A model generated the notes under the pieces. That model saw nothing but the letters and a program-made list of their open reading frames with translations, was not told the origin of the DNA and made no database searches. From NCBI GenBank assembly GCA_964633465.1, contig CAZWGB010000001.1:4753-68752 (forward strand): a stretch of DNA of 64,000 bases, given 5' to 3'. This DNA comes from an uncultured Woeseiaceae bacterium. Lineage in GTDB: Bacteria > Pseudomonadota > Gammaproteobacteria > Steroidobacterales > UBA11654. Below, in pieces: positions 1 through 8,633 of the stretch (position 1 is its first letter; each line of letters begins with the position of its first letter). The position numbers were made by a program, and so were the translations under genes.

Positions 1-117
1 TGAATTTTGATCGGCATCTGAATAGACGGCAACTGTTCCAATACCCATTATTTGACAGGTTTTAATTACCCTACAGGCTATTTCTCCACGATTGGCAATG
101 AGTATTTTTTTAAACAT
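1..117 (-). CDS. Biotin carboxylase N-terminus of an acyl-CoA (probably propionyl-CoA) carboxylase alpha subunit; the gene continues beyond the left edge of the window
   Basis: Reverse strand from ATG (117-115) reads [39 protein letters not shown], the canonical biotin-carboxylase N-terminus. It starts 12 nt after the pccB-like stop. It is absent from the ORF track because it is truncated by the window edge. Confidence 0.75.
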   Translation of the reverse strand, partial: MFKKILIANRGEIACRVIKTCQIMGIGTVAVYSDADQNS

Positions 118-129
118 TTAAACTGTTGT

Positions 130-1662
130 TTACAGAGGAATGTTGTCGTGTTTACGCCAAGGGTTTGCTTGTTTTTTGTTTTTCAGCATTTCGAAGGAAT
201 GACATAATTTTCCACGTGTTTTATGAGGCAGGAAAATATCGTCGATATATCCACGGCTTGCAGCTATAAATGGGTTGGCAAATTTTGTTCTGTACTCCTC
301 AGTTCTTTTTTCAATCTTTTCCTCATCACCAATATCACCTCGGAAGATAATTTCTACAGCACCTTTAGGACCCATAACCGCAATTTCTGCAGAAGGCCAA
401 GCAAAATTGACATCTCCTCGGATATGTTTTGAACTCATAACATCGTATGCACCACCATAGGCCTTGCGAGTGATTAAGGTAACTTTGGGTACTGTTGCTT
501 CTGCATAAGCAAACAGCAATTTAGCACCGTGTTTAATAATGCCACCGTATTCCTGTGAAGTACCAGGCATAAATCCGGGGACATCGACTAGAGTCAATAT
601 TGGGATATTGAATGCATCACAAAAACGGATAAAACGACCGCCTTTAATTGATGCATCGATGTCGAGGCACCCTGCGAGTACGAGAGGTTGATTTGCAACC
701 ACGCCGATTGTAGAGCCGTTTAATCGGGTAAAGCCAACGACTATGTTTTGCGCATAATTTGGTTGGATTTCAAAAAATTCTCCGTCGTCAACAACTTTAT
801 AAATCACATCCTTTATATCATAAGGCTTTGCAGGATCTTCAGGCACTAGCTTATCCAACGCAGGCTCCTCTCTCTCGACGGGATCCTTGGTAGCCACCGT
901 TGGCGGTTTGCTTTGATTGTTTTGTGGCAAATAACTCAGAAATTCTCTGGTCATCAAAAGGGCCTCAGTATCGTTTTTGAATGTTAAATCAGCTACTCCT
1001 GATTTTCTGCTATGTGTTGAAGCTCCGCCCAACTCTTCAGCCGTTACTTCCTCATGGGTCACGGTTTTGACCACTTCAGGTCCGGTAACAAACATGTACG
1101 AACTGTCTTCAACCATAAAAATAAAATCTGTCATTGCAGGCGAATAAACCGCACCTCCTGCACAAGGACCCATGACCAGGGATATTTGCGGCACCACTCC
1201 TGAAGCAAGAACGTTTCTTTGAAATACCTCCGCATAGCCGCCCAGAGAGACGACTCCTTCTTGGATTCTGGCTCCACCCGAGTCATTTAATCCAATTAAG
1301 GGAGCACCATTACGAACCGCATGATCCATAACCTTACAAATTTTTTCAGCGTGTGCTTCGGACAGAGAACCACCAAAAACAGTGAAATCTTGACTAAAAA
1401 CATAAATCAGTTTTCCATTAATTTTTCCATATCCAGTAACCACACCATCTCCAGGTATTTTCTGCTCTTCCATTCCAAAGTCTACTGCTCTGTGTTCAAC
1501 AAACATGTCCCATTCTTGAAAGCTACCCTCGTCTAGCAGGATATCAAGCCGTTCTCGAGCAGTTAATTTGCCTTTTGCATGTTGTTTTTCGATTCGAGCA
1601 CTACCGCCACCTAATTTTGCTGCTGCGGCTCTTTTTTCAAGTTCCTTAATATTTTCCTTCAT
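130..1662 (-). CDS. pccB: Propionyl-CoA carboxylase beta subunit / methylmalonyl-CoA carboxyltransferase
   Basis: 510-aa ORF with carboxyltransferase-family sequence throughout ([33 protein letters not shown], tandem crotonase-like halves). It sits between a methylmalonyl-CoA mutase gene and a biotin carboxylase gene. Confidence 0.9.
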   Translation of the reverse strand: MKENIKELEKRAAAAKLGGGSARIEKQHAKGKLTARERLDILLDEGSFQEWDMFVEHRAVDFGMEEQKIPGDGVVTGYGKINGKLIYVFSQDFTVFGGSLSEAHAEKICKVMDHAVRNGAPLIGLNDSGGARIQEGVVSLGGYAEVFQRNVLASGVVPQISLVMGPCAGGAVYSPAMTDFIFMVEDSSYMFVTGPEVVKTVTHEEVTAEELGGASTHSRKSGVADLTFKNDTEALLMTREFLSYLPQNNQSKPPTVATKDPVEREEPALDKLVPEDPAKPYDIKDVIYKVVDDGEFFEIQPNYAQNIVVGFTRLNGSTIGVVANQPLVLAGCLDIDASIKGGRFIRFCDAFNIPILTLVDVPGFMPGTSQEYGGIIKHGAKLLFAYAEATVPKVTLITRKAYGGAYDVMSSKHIRGDVNFAWPSAEIAVMGPKGAVEIIFRGDIGDEEKIEKRTEEYRTKFANPFIAASRGYIDDIFLPHKTRGKLCHSFEMLKNKKQANPWRKHDNIPL

Positions 1663-1669
1663 CAGTTGC

Positions 1670-3796
1670 TCAACTAATTAGTTTGATAACTTTCAACGCT
1701 GCTTCAGCGATATTGGTTCCAGGCCCAAATACAGCACCCACACCTTGTGATTCAAGATCGGGAACATCTTTCTCTGGAATGATGCCGCCACAGACAACAA
1801 TCACATTGTCGGCTTGTTCATGTTTCAGTGCTTCAATTAACATTGGCACCAAAGTTTTATGACCGGCTGCTTGGGTTGAAACTCCGATAATATGAACATC
1901 ATTCTCAATTGCTTGCTTGGCTGCTTCTTCAGGGGTTTGAAACAGTGGTCCAATATCAACGTCAAAACCCATATCAGCAAATGCTGTGGCTATAACTTTA
2001 GCTCCTCTGTCGTGACCATCTTGCCCTAATTTTGCGACCAGTATTCTCGGTCGTCTTCCAAAGTTCTTGGTAAAAGATGAAATATGTTCTTCAATTTTCA
2101 TGAAATTCTTATCTCCTTCATATTCACTGCGATACACGCCGCTGATTGATTGAGCCACTGCTTGGTGCCGACCAAAAACCCGTTCTAAAGCTAGAGAAAT
2201 CTCGCCAACTGTAGCTCTTGCTTTGGCAGCCTCAATTGCAATTTCAAGTAAATTAGATGTGTCATTCTTAGCTGCTGATTCCAGTTTCTCCAGAGCAGTT
2301 TCACATTGTTTCTCATTTCGTTTAGATTTCACAGCCATAATTTTCTTAATCTGTTGGTTTCTAACTTGCTGATTATCGATTGAGCGGATCTCTACGGAAT
2401 CTTGTTTCTTGGAGATGTATTTATTCACCCCAACTATTGTTTCTTCACCTTTATCAATTCTTGCTTGTCTAATTGCAGCTGATTCTTCAATTCGTAGCTT
2501 TGGAACCCCTGCTTGTACTGCTTTCGTCATACCTCCAAGCTCATCTGTTTCTTCTATCAATTTTCTTGCCTCATTGACAAGAGAGGCAGTTAAAGACTCG
2601 ATGTAATAAGAGCCTGCCAACGGATCAACAACATTGGTTATCCCGGATTCTTCTTTCAAGATCAATTGGGTAGTTCTGGCAATTTGGGCTGAGAAAGGAG
2701 TTGGCAGTGCTAGAGCCTCGTCAAAGGAATTGGTATGCAATGATTGAGTGCCACCAAGTACTGCTGCCATTGCTTCTATTGTGGTACGGATAATGTTGTT
2801 GTAAGGATCCTGACTGGTCAAACTTACCCCAGAGGTTTGACAATGAGTTCTCAACATAAGCGACTTAGGATTCTTGGGTTTAAACTCTTTTTCAATCAAC
2901 TCTGCCCACAGCAGCCTAGCGGCTCTTAATTTTGCAACTTCCATAAAAAAATTCATCCCAATACCGAAAAAGAAAGATAGTCTTGGAGCAAATGCATCAA
3001 CATTCAGTCCTTTTTTTACTGCTGCTCTTACATACTCAATACCGTCTGCTATCGTGTAGGCTAACTCTTGAGTGCATGTTGCTCCTGCCTCAAGCATGTG
3101 ATAGCCGGAAATTGATACCGAATTAAATTTTGGTAGTTTTTTTGATGCATAAGCGATGATGTCTGCAACTATACGCATCGAAGCTTTTGGCGGATAAATG
3201 TAGGTGTTTCGGACCATGAATTCTTTAAGGATGTCGTTCTGCAAAGTTCCATTCAGTTCCTCCTGAGCTACACCTTGTTCCTCAGCTGCGACAATAAACA
3301 TGGCCATAATGGGTATTACTGCACCATTCATGGTCATTGAAACCGAAATCTTATCGAGAGATATCTGATCAAAGAGTAATTGCATGTCTTCCACCGTGTC
3401 GATAGCAACACCCGCTTTGCCTACATCACCGGTAACTCGAGGGTGATCAGAGTCGTAACCTCGATGCGTAGCTAAATCAAAGGCAACCGACAACCCTGTC
3501 TGGCCTCCAGCGATATTATCACGATAAAATTTATTGGATTCTTCAGCGGTGGAAAATCCAGAATATTGCCTAACTGTCCATGGTCTTTTGGCATACATCG
3601 TCGCTTTGGGTCCCCTGACGTAAGGCGGAAGACCAGGAAATGAATCTAGGTGGCTGATTTCTTCAAGATCATCTGCGGTATATAGAGGTTTTACATCTAT
3701 ACCCTCCAATGTCTGCCAGGTTAAGCTATCGATTGCTGCGCCATCGAGCTCTTCAACTACTTTCTTCTCCCAATCTTTTTTGCTGGATTCCGTCAT
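1670..3796 (-). CDS. Methylmalonyl-CoA mutase, single-chain form with C-terminal B12-binding domain
   Basis: The track ORF starts at a TTG (3859); the first ATG at 3796 ([12 protein letters not shown]) is preferred. It has mutase barrel sequence ([38 protein letters not shown]) and a C-terminal cobalamin-binding DxHxxG motif ([11 protein letters not shown]). Confidence 0.9.
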   Translation of the reverse strand: MTESSKKDWEKKVVEELDGAAIDSLTWQTLEGIDVKPLYTADDLEEISHLDSFPGLPPYVRGPKATMYAKRPWTVRQYSGFSTAEESNKFYRDNIAGGQTGLSVAFDLATHRGYDSDHPRVTGDVGKAGVAIDTVEDMQLLFDQISLDKISVSMTMNGAVIPIMAMFIVAAEEQGVAQEELNGTLQNDILKEFMVRNTYIYPPKASMRIVADIIAYASKKLPKFNSVSISGYHMLEAGATCTQELAYTIADGIEYVRAAVKKGLNVDAFAPRLSFFFGIGMNFFMEVAKLRAARLLWAELIEKEFKPKNPKSLMLRTHCQTSGVSLTSQDPYNNIIRTTIEAMAAVLGGTQSLHTNSFDEALALPTPFSAQIARTTQLILKEESGITNVVDPLAGSYYIESLTASLVNEARKLIEETDELGGMTKAVQAGVPKLRIEESAAIRQARIDKGEETIVGVNKYISKKQDSVEIRSIDNQQVRNQQIKKIMAVKSKRNEKQCETALEKLESAAKNDTSNLLEIAIEAAKARATVGEISLALERVFGRHQAVAQSISGVYRSEYEGDKNFMKIEEHISSFTKNFGRRPRILVAKLGQDGHDRGAKVIATAFADMGFDVDIGPLFQTPEEAAKQAIENDVHIIGVSTQAAGHKTLVPMLIEALKHEQADNVIVVCGGIIPEKDVPDLESQGVGAVFGPGTNIAEAALKVIKLIS

Positions 3797-3890
3797 TTTT
3801 CTCTTTTGTTTACAGTCAATACTTTTTATGGGTCTATTGTATAGATCTGTGCCTAGCAATCATAGAAGATCGGTAGTTAAAGTAATTTAA

Positions 3891-5390
3891 TTATTTTTTA
3901 AATTGTTGTTTTATAATATTTTTTTGTATTTTACCCATTGTGTTTCTAGGTAGGGTGGATACAAAAAAAACTGCTTTTGGAACCTTGTAACTTGCCAATT
4001 TTTGTTTGGCCAACTCAATGATTTCATTCTCATTTAACTGCGAGTCATCCTTTCTAACAACAATAGCAGTAACTACTTCTCCAAAATCATCATCAGGAAT
4101 CCCAACAATCGCGCACTCTACAACACCCTTGATATCATTGATCACTTTTTCAACTTCGACGGGATAGACATTAAGCCCACCTGTAATAATCAAGTCGGTT
4201 TTTCTACCAACAATTGTAATGTAGCCATCCGCATCTTCCCTCGCTTGATCGCCAGTTTTGAAAAATCCATCCACAGTCAGTGACTGTTTAGAGTCTTCTT
4301 CTTTTCGCCAATACCCCATGCAAAGATTTGGTCCTTTAATCTCTAGTTCTCCTACCTCATTGATTGGGTTGGAGATTCTTATTGAAATACCTTGCAAGGG
4401 CAAACCTACGGAGCCAGATTTCCTTCGACCATCCACTGGATTACTGGTATTCATCAATGTTTCAGTCATGCCATAACGTTCAACGATCTCATGATTTGTG
4501 GCTTGCCTGAAATCATTGAATGTATTGATACTAAGAGGCGCTGATCCAGAGATAAAGAGTCGCATATTCTTGCATTTTGAGTGACTTAATAGCCCGGTGT
4601 TTAAGAGTCGAGTGTAATAAGTCGGAACGCCCATCATAAGTGTTGCATGGGGAATGCAATCAATCACCGTTTTTGGGTCAAAATGAGGTAAGAAAATCAT
4701 AGAACCACCGGTTAACAGACTGCTGTTTATAGCCACGAATAAACCGTGGACATGGAAAATTGGTAAAGCATGGATCAAACAGTCTGTTTCTGATAATTTC
4801 CAAGTTTTGATGAGGGTTTCAGTATTGCTGACGAGATTATTGTGGCTTAACATGATTCCTTTAGGTTTCCCAGTTGTTCCTGAAGAATAAACCAATGCTG
4901 CAAGAGTATCTGTTGCACAAGCATGGGCTCTATACTCTGCGGACTGGGATTTAGATCTTGAAATAAGACTTCCTTTATCTTGATGTGAAAGAGTTAAAAT
5001 GGGAATTTTCTTAGGTAAGCCAAATAGGGTTTTATAGATTTTTTCATTTTTTGGGTCGCAAATGATAATTGCTGGATCTGCATCCTCAAAAAAATAAGAA
5101 ACCTCTGAAGATGTATAAGCCGGGTTTAGTGGATGGTAAACAAACCCACCTCTCAGGCAGGCTAGATACAGGGCAATTGAATCGGCAACTTTTTCAGTCT
5201 GGATTGAAATACGATCTCCTGGTTTTGCATTCAATGATTTCAGAGTATTGGCTATCCTGGCGGACTGCATTATCATACTCTCCCGGCTAACTTTCAGACC
5301 GTTTTCGAGAACCAAGAGAGTCTTCTCCAAATCTTTACTCAGGACATTATCAAAGGCATTATAGAGATTGTTTTTAATTTCTTGCATCAA
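3891..5390 (-). CDS. AMP-forming acyl-CoA synthetase, malonyl/methylmalonyl-CoA synthetase (MatB)-like
   Basis: AMP-binding motif YSSGTTGKPKGIML, later GYW and TGD motifs, about 500 aa. It is the first gene of the mutase/carboxylase operon. Substrate cannot be assigned from sequence alone. Confidence 0.75.
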   Translation of the reverse strand: MMQEIKNNLYNAFDNVLSKDLEKTLLVLENGLKVSRESMIMQSARIANTLKSLNAKPGDRISIQTEKVADSIALYLACLRGGFVYHPLNPAYTSSEVSYFFEDADPAIIICDPKNEKIYKTLFGLPKKIPILTLSHQDKGSLISRSKSQSAEYRAHACATDTLAALVYSSGTTGKPKGIMLSHNNLVSNTETLIKTWKLSETDCLIHALPIFHVHGLFVAINSSLLTGGSMIFLPHFDPKTVIDCIPHATLMMGVPTYYTRLLNTGLLSHSKCKNMRLFISGSAPLSINTFNDFRQATNHEIVERYGMTETLMNTSNPVDGRRKSGSVGLPLQGISIRISNPINEVGELEIKGPNLCMGYWRKEEDSKQSLTVDGFFKTGDQAREDADGYITIVGRKTDLIITGGLNVYPVEVEKVINDIKGVVECAIVGIPDDDFGEVVTAIVVRKDDSQLNENEIIELAKQKLASYKVPKAVFFVSTLPRNTMGKIQKNIIKQQFKK

Positions 5391-5519
5391 AGGAGTTTAT
5401 CAAAGAGATCATTGTCTAGAGGAGCAATGATAACATTAGGATATTTTCTGTAAGAAATACAAACGACCCAAGATAAACTTATATTTTGGATTATTTTTAA
5501 TAATGACATAGAGACAAAC

Positions 5520-6560
5520 ATGAAATTAGGAATGGGATTAGGTTATTCACCAGCCAAGCTAACAATACCTGTGGAAGATATTTTGGAGGCAGAAAAACTA
5601 GGATTTGATTCAGTTTGGTCTGCAGAGTCCTATGGTTCTGATGCCGTTTCTGTCGCGGCTTATGTTTTGGCCTTAACCAGTAAGATCAACGTAGGAACTG
5701 CTATTATGCAAATGCAGGCAAGAACTCCTACCATGACTGCTATGACTGCTTTATCGCTGAATGCACTTTCTGGAGGTCGGTTTTTGCTCGGGCTTGGACC
5801 CTCAGGACCTCAAGTGGTGGAGGGTTGGTATGGAGAACCCTACGGCCGACCGCTTACAAGAACAAAAGAGTACATCTCAATTGTCAGGAAAATAGTTGCC
5901 AGAGAAGAAGCTTTAACTCATCAAGGCTTTCATTACCAAATTCCATACACGGGTGAAGGTTCAAGCGGTCTTGGGAAGCCATTGAAGAGCATCCTTCATA
6001 GCACCAGTGATTTAAAAATATACACGGCATCAATCACCCCTGCAGGCTTGAGATGTGCCGGTGAAGTTTCTGATGGTGTTTTCCCTATTTGGATGAACCC
6101 TGAGAAATTTAATCTGATCGGCGAGCATGTTGAAGAAGGATTCGCAAAAACAGGACAAAACAAAGGTTACGAGCATTTTGATGTTGCCCCTTTTGTGCCG
6201 GTCGCAATGGGAGACAATGTTGATTTTTGTATCCAGATGATGAAACCAATGATGGCGCTCTACATCGGTGGTATGGGCGCTAAATCCAAGAATTTTTATA
6301 ATGACTATGCCAAAAGATTAGGATATGAAGAAGCTGCTGAAACCATTCAAGATCTTTATTTGGAAGGAAAGAAGGAAGAAGCTGCTATGGCTGTTCCAAA
6401 TGAATTGGTTGATGAGTGTGCCTTAATTGGCCCAGCTGAGAGAATTAAAGAACACCTGCAGCCATGGAAAGAATTAGATAAATCAGGAAAAATTGGCACC
6501 TTGGTTTTGGGCAATGCATCAAAAAAAGCTCAAAGAGTAATTGCAGAAGAAGTATTGTAG
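5520..6560 (+). CDS. Luciferase-like monooxygenase (LLM) family oxidoreductase, probably F420-dependent
   Basis: The N-terminus MKLGMGLGY...LGFDSVWSAESYGSDAVS and the 346-aa size resemble the LLM class F420-dependent oxidoreductases. A complete F420 biosynthesis operon lies 2 kb away. Confidence 0.7.
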   Translation: MKLGMGLGYSPAKLTIPVEDILEAEKLGFDSVWSAESYGSDAVSVAAYVLALTSKINVGTAIMQMQARTPTMTAMTALSLNALSGGRFLLGLGPSGPQVVEGWYGEPYGRPLTRTKEYISIVRKIVAREEALTHQGFHYQIPYTGEGSSGLGKPLKSILHSTSDLKIYTASITPAGLRCAGEVSDGVFPIWMNPEKFNLIGEHVEEGFAKTGQNKGYEHFDVAPFVPVAMGDNVDFCIQMMKPMMALYIGGMGAKSKNFYNDYAKRLGYEEAAETIQDLYLEGKKEEAAMAVPNELVDECALIGPAERIKEHLQPWKELDKSGKIGTLVLGNASKKAQRVIAEEVL

Positions 6561-6571
6561 AGGAGTAAACA

Positions 6572-6964
6572 ATGAACTATAAATCTGTGTTTCGTTTTTT
6601 AATTATTGTACCGATATTGTTCATTTTCGTTGCTGTTGGGCTCGATTTTGCTTACCCCTTTCCAGAATCTGTGAGTAGTTATTACGGCGATCTTGCCGCA
6701 TTTGGCTTCAGTTGGAAATATAATGCCATGTTATTTTGTACCCTCGCTGCTTTTGCCGCAGATCTGTGTCTTTGTTTCTTTGTCAAGAACTCTCGCGAGA
6801 TCTGGTTGATGCTGATGGCGATTTTTTTCATATTCTCGGCATCCATGCCAGAGCTGACGATCATGTCACCATTGTCAATTGTTCTGATACAAGTGGCTTG
6901 GTTAATGGCAGGGATTAAGATATCAATGGCCTATCTGTCTCCTCCAATCAGAGATCTGTTTTAA
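6572..6964 (+). CDS. Small integral membrane protein, unknown function (about 4 predicted TM segments)
   Basis: 130-aa hydrophobic ORF beginning 11 nt after the LLM gene and followed by a clear terminator. Confidence 0.5.
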   Translation: MNYKSVFRFLIIVPILFIFVAVGLDFAYPFPESVSSYYGDLAAFGFSWKYNAMLFCTLAAFAADLCLCFFVKNSREIWLMLMAIFFIFSASMPELTIMSPLSIVLIQVAWLMAGIKISMAYLSPPIRDLF

Positions 6965-6981
6965 TCGGCATTCAATATATT

Positions 6982-7009
6982 AAAAAAAGGGGGCTGTTTG
7001 CCCCCTTTT
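6982..7009. terminator. Bidirectional rho-independent terminator between convergent genes
   Basis: Stem gggggc (6989-6994) pairs with gccccc (7000-7005), loop tgttt. An A7 run lies on the left and a T4 run on the right, so it reads as hairpin plus U-tract on both strands. Confidence 0.65.
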
Positions 7010-7015
7010 CATTGC

Positions 7016-7465
7016 TTATCCCAACAACTTCTTTTTTGAAGTGAGTGATATTTTTTTGGGTCTTTGGTGATCAGGAATAACGCTCTCCATGCCAATGTAT
7101 AACATTCCATTGGATAGAGCTGCACCCTTGACAACCATGTCGTCAGACAAGACAAACTTTCTGATAAAGCTTCTTGCTGCTAGACCTTGATGGACCAAAC
7201 CTTCAGAGGCTTCTTGTGGGCTATTGCCGCTGATGGTTAGATTCTCTCCTGCGACCTCAACGTCAATATCTTTTTCGTCGAAACCAGCTACTGCCAGCTC
7301 AATGGTATATTGATCGTCAGAGACCTTACGGATATTGTAAGGTGGATAATTGGTGCTTTGAGATTTCGAATTTGCCAGAATCGACAAGGTATCAAATGTC
7401 CTGTCAAAGCCAACGGCAAATGGTGAGATATCTCTCCAAACCGAGTCAAATATTGTATTAACCAT
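7016..7465 (-). CDS. ibpA: Small heat-shock protein, IbpA/Hsp20 family
   Basis: 149 aa with an alpha-crystallin domain. AVGFDRTFD...YPPYNI...Y.IELAVAGF...NGMLYI closely parallels E. coli IbpA. AAGGAG RBS upstream. Confidence 0.85.
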   Translation of the reverse strand: MVNTIFDSVWRDISPFAVGFDRTFDTLSILANSKSQSTNYPPYNIRKVSDDQYTIELAVAGFDEKDIDVEVAGENLTISGNSPQEASEGLVHQGLAARSFIRKFVLSDDMVVKGAALSNGMLYIGMESVIPDHQRPKKISLTSKKKLLG

Positions 7466-7534
7466 AATCTTCTCCTTTATTAAGCAAGTTAATTATTAAT
7501 TCAGTAGATCCATTGTTGGCATCTACCATTGATA

Positions 7535-7561
7535 TATATGGGTCCTTTTGTGGACTTCAAG
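7535..7561 (-). promoter_or_regulatory. Sigma-32 (heat-shock) type promoter for the ibpA-like gene
   Basis: The minus strand reads CTTGAAG (7561-7555), a 13-nt spacer, then CCCATATA (7542-7535). The consensus is CTTGAAA-N13/14-CCCCATNT. It lies about 70 nt upstream of the start codon. Confidence 0.45.
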
Positions 7562-7592
7562 TGAGCAGATAAGAATATTGCAATGACTGGAT

Positions 7593-8492
7593 TTAGAAGT
7601 AGAATTTTCTCCAGAGTCTAATGCCAAAAGTTAAAGAGAGCATCCAAAGTATAAATTCAATCCAATTAGGATTGCTGTTGTAGCCAAAAAAGCCTTTAAG
7701 AAATACACCAATTCTGCCTTTATCATGCATCACATGCGTATATTTATTTTTGCCACCAAGGTTGTATGTGTAGTAAGTGGAGTTTTCACTTTCAGTGAGT
7801 TCTGATATAGGTTCCAGTATGTTCCAAACCCTTGCAATGTCTTGTTTTTCTTTCAATCCCACCCATTCTAAGTGATCGCCTTTAACTATAAATTCTTCTG
7901 CTTCATGGGTGCCATAGGCTACCATTCCTGATGCAAAAATGACCAATAACAGGGTAGTGGCTTGGAAAAATGAGCGAAGATTAATACGCCTGCCTTGAAT
8001 CACAACAAAATAACCGATCAGGATCGCAGCAAACATTCCAGTAAAAAACCCAATGTAGGAAAATGTTTGTAATATTGAAAAGCTGCCCATTAAGAAAATA
8101 GCAGTCTCAAATCCTTCACGTAAAATTGCAAAAAAAACTACCAAAAAGACTCCGATACCTGAAGTCGCAATGGCCTTTTTGGTCTGACCTTCAAGCTCAA
8201 CACGATCGCTGACATGCTTGGAGAGCCAAAAAATAACATACCAAAGCAGTCCAGCAGTTAGGAACATGAACACTGATTCAAACAATGCTTGTATGGAGGC
8301 ATTGCCAATTGATTGTTTGATGCCATTTAATAGAATTCCAAGAATGCCACTGGCAATTAAAGCAAAAAAAACTCCCAGCCAGAGTTGTTTAATTTCACGG
8401 TCAAGGTTATTTTTTTCCAGAAGGGTATAGATAATGCCTACAATGAGACAGGCTTCAAGACTCTCACGAAAAACAATTATAAATTCATTCAT
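7593..8492 (-). CDS. FTR1/EfeU-family high-affinity iron permease
   Basis: Two REXXE-type motifs (FRESLEA near the N-terminus; LREGFET mid-protein) in a multi-TM protein of 299 aa. Confidence 0.8.
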   Translation of the reverse strand: MNEFIIVFRESLEACLIVGIIYTLLEKNNLDREIKQLWLGVFFALIASGILGILLNGIKQSIGNASIQALFESVFMFLTAGLLWYVIFWLSKHVSDRVELEGQTKKAIATSGIGVFLVVFFAILREGFETAIFLMGSFSILQTFSYIGFFTGMFAAILIGYFVVIQGRRINLRSFFQATTLLLVIFASGMVAYGTHEAEEFIVKGDHLEWVGLKEKQDIARVWNILEPISELTESENSTYYTYNLGGKNKYTHVMHDKGRIGVFLKGFFGYNSNPNWIEFILWMLSLTFGIRLWRKFYF

Positions 8493-8582
8493 GCTTGCTA
8501 ACCTTATCTTCGTTTAAAAATAGGCAGGAAATACCTTAAGAGACAAGCTTATGGTAATTTTTTACTGTTATTAATAGTGTAG

Positions 8583-8614
8583 GTTATTAATAATCATTAT
8601 CATTTGCAAATGAT
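8583..8614 (-). promoter_or_regulatory. Fur box / iron-responsive operator upstream of the FTR1 permease
   Basis: gttattaataatcattatc (8583-8601) matches the 19-bp Fur consensus gataatgataatcattatc at 16/19 positions. It overlaps a perfect 16-bp palindrome, atcatttgcaaatgat (8599-8614). It lies 90-120 nt upstream of the permease start. Confidence 0.55.
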
Positions 8615-8633
8615 TTTTCCTGTCCTAGGATGC

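Noticed and set aside
3797-3859. TTG-initiated 21-codon N-terminal extension of the methylmalonyl-CoA mutase ORF. Similar upstream extensions occur for aceE (16104), pcm (35647), hisG (55395), hisB (58634), the DUF169 gene (26101) and the 150-aa protein (53298).
   Set aside because: The extensions overlap upstream genes or add non-conserved residues. The internal ATG gives the N-terminus expected for each family.
8599-8614. The perfect palindrome atcatttgcaaatgat considered as the fbiC terminator
   Set aside because: It has no loop or GC-rich stem and no following U-tract on the minus strand. It is better explained as part of the Fur operator.
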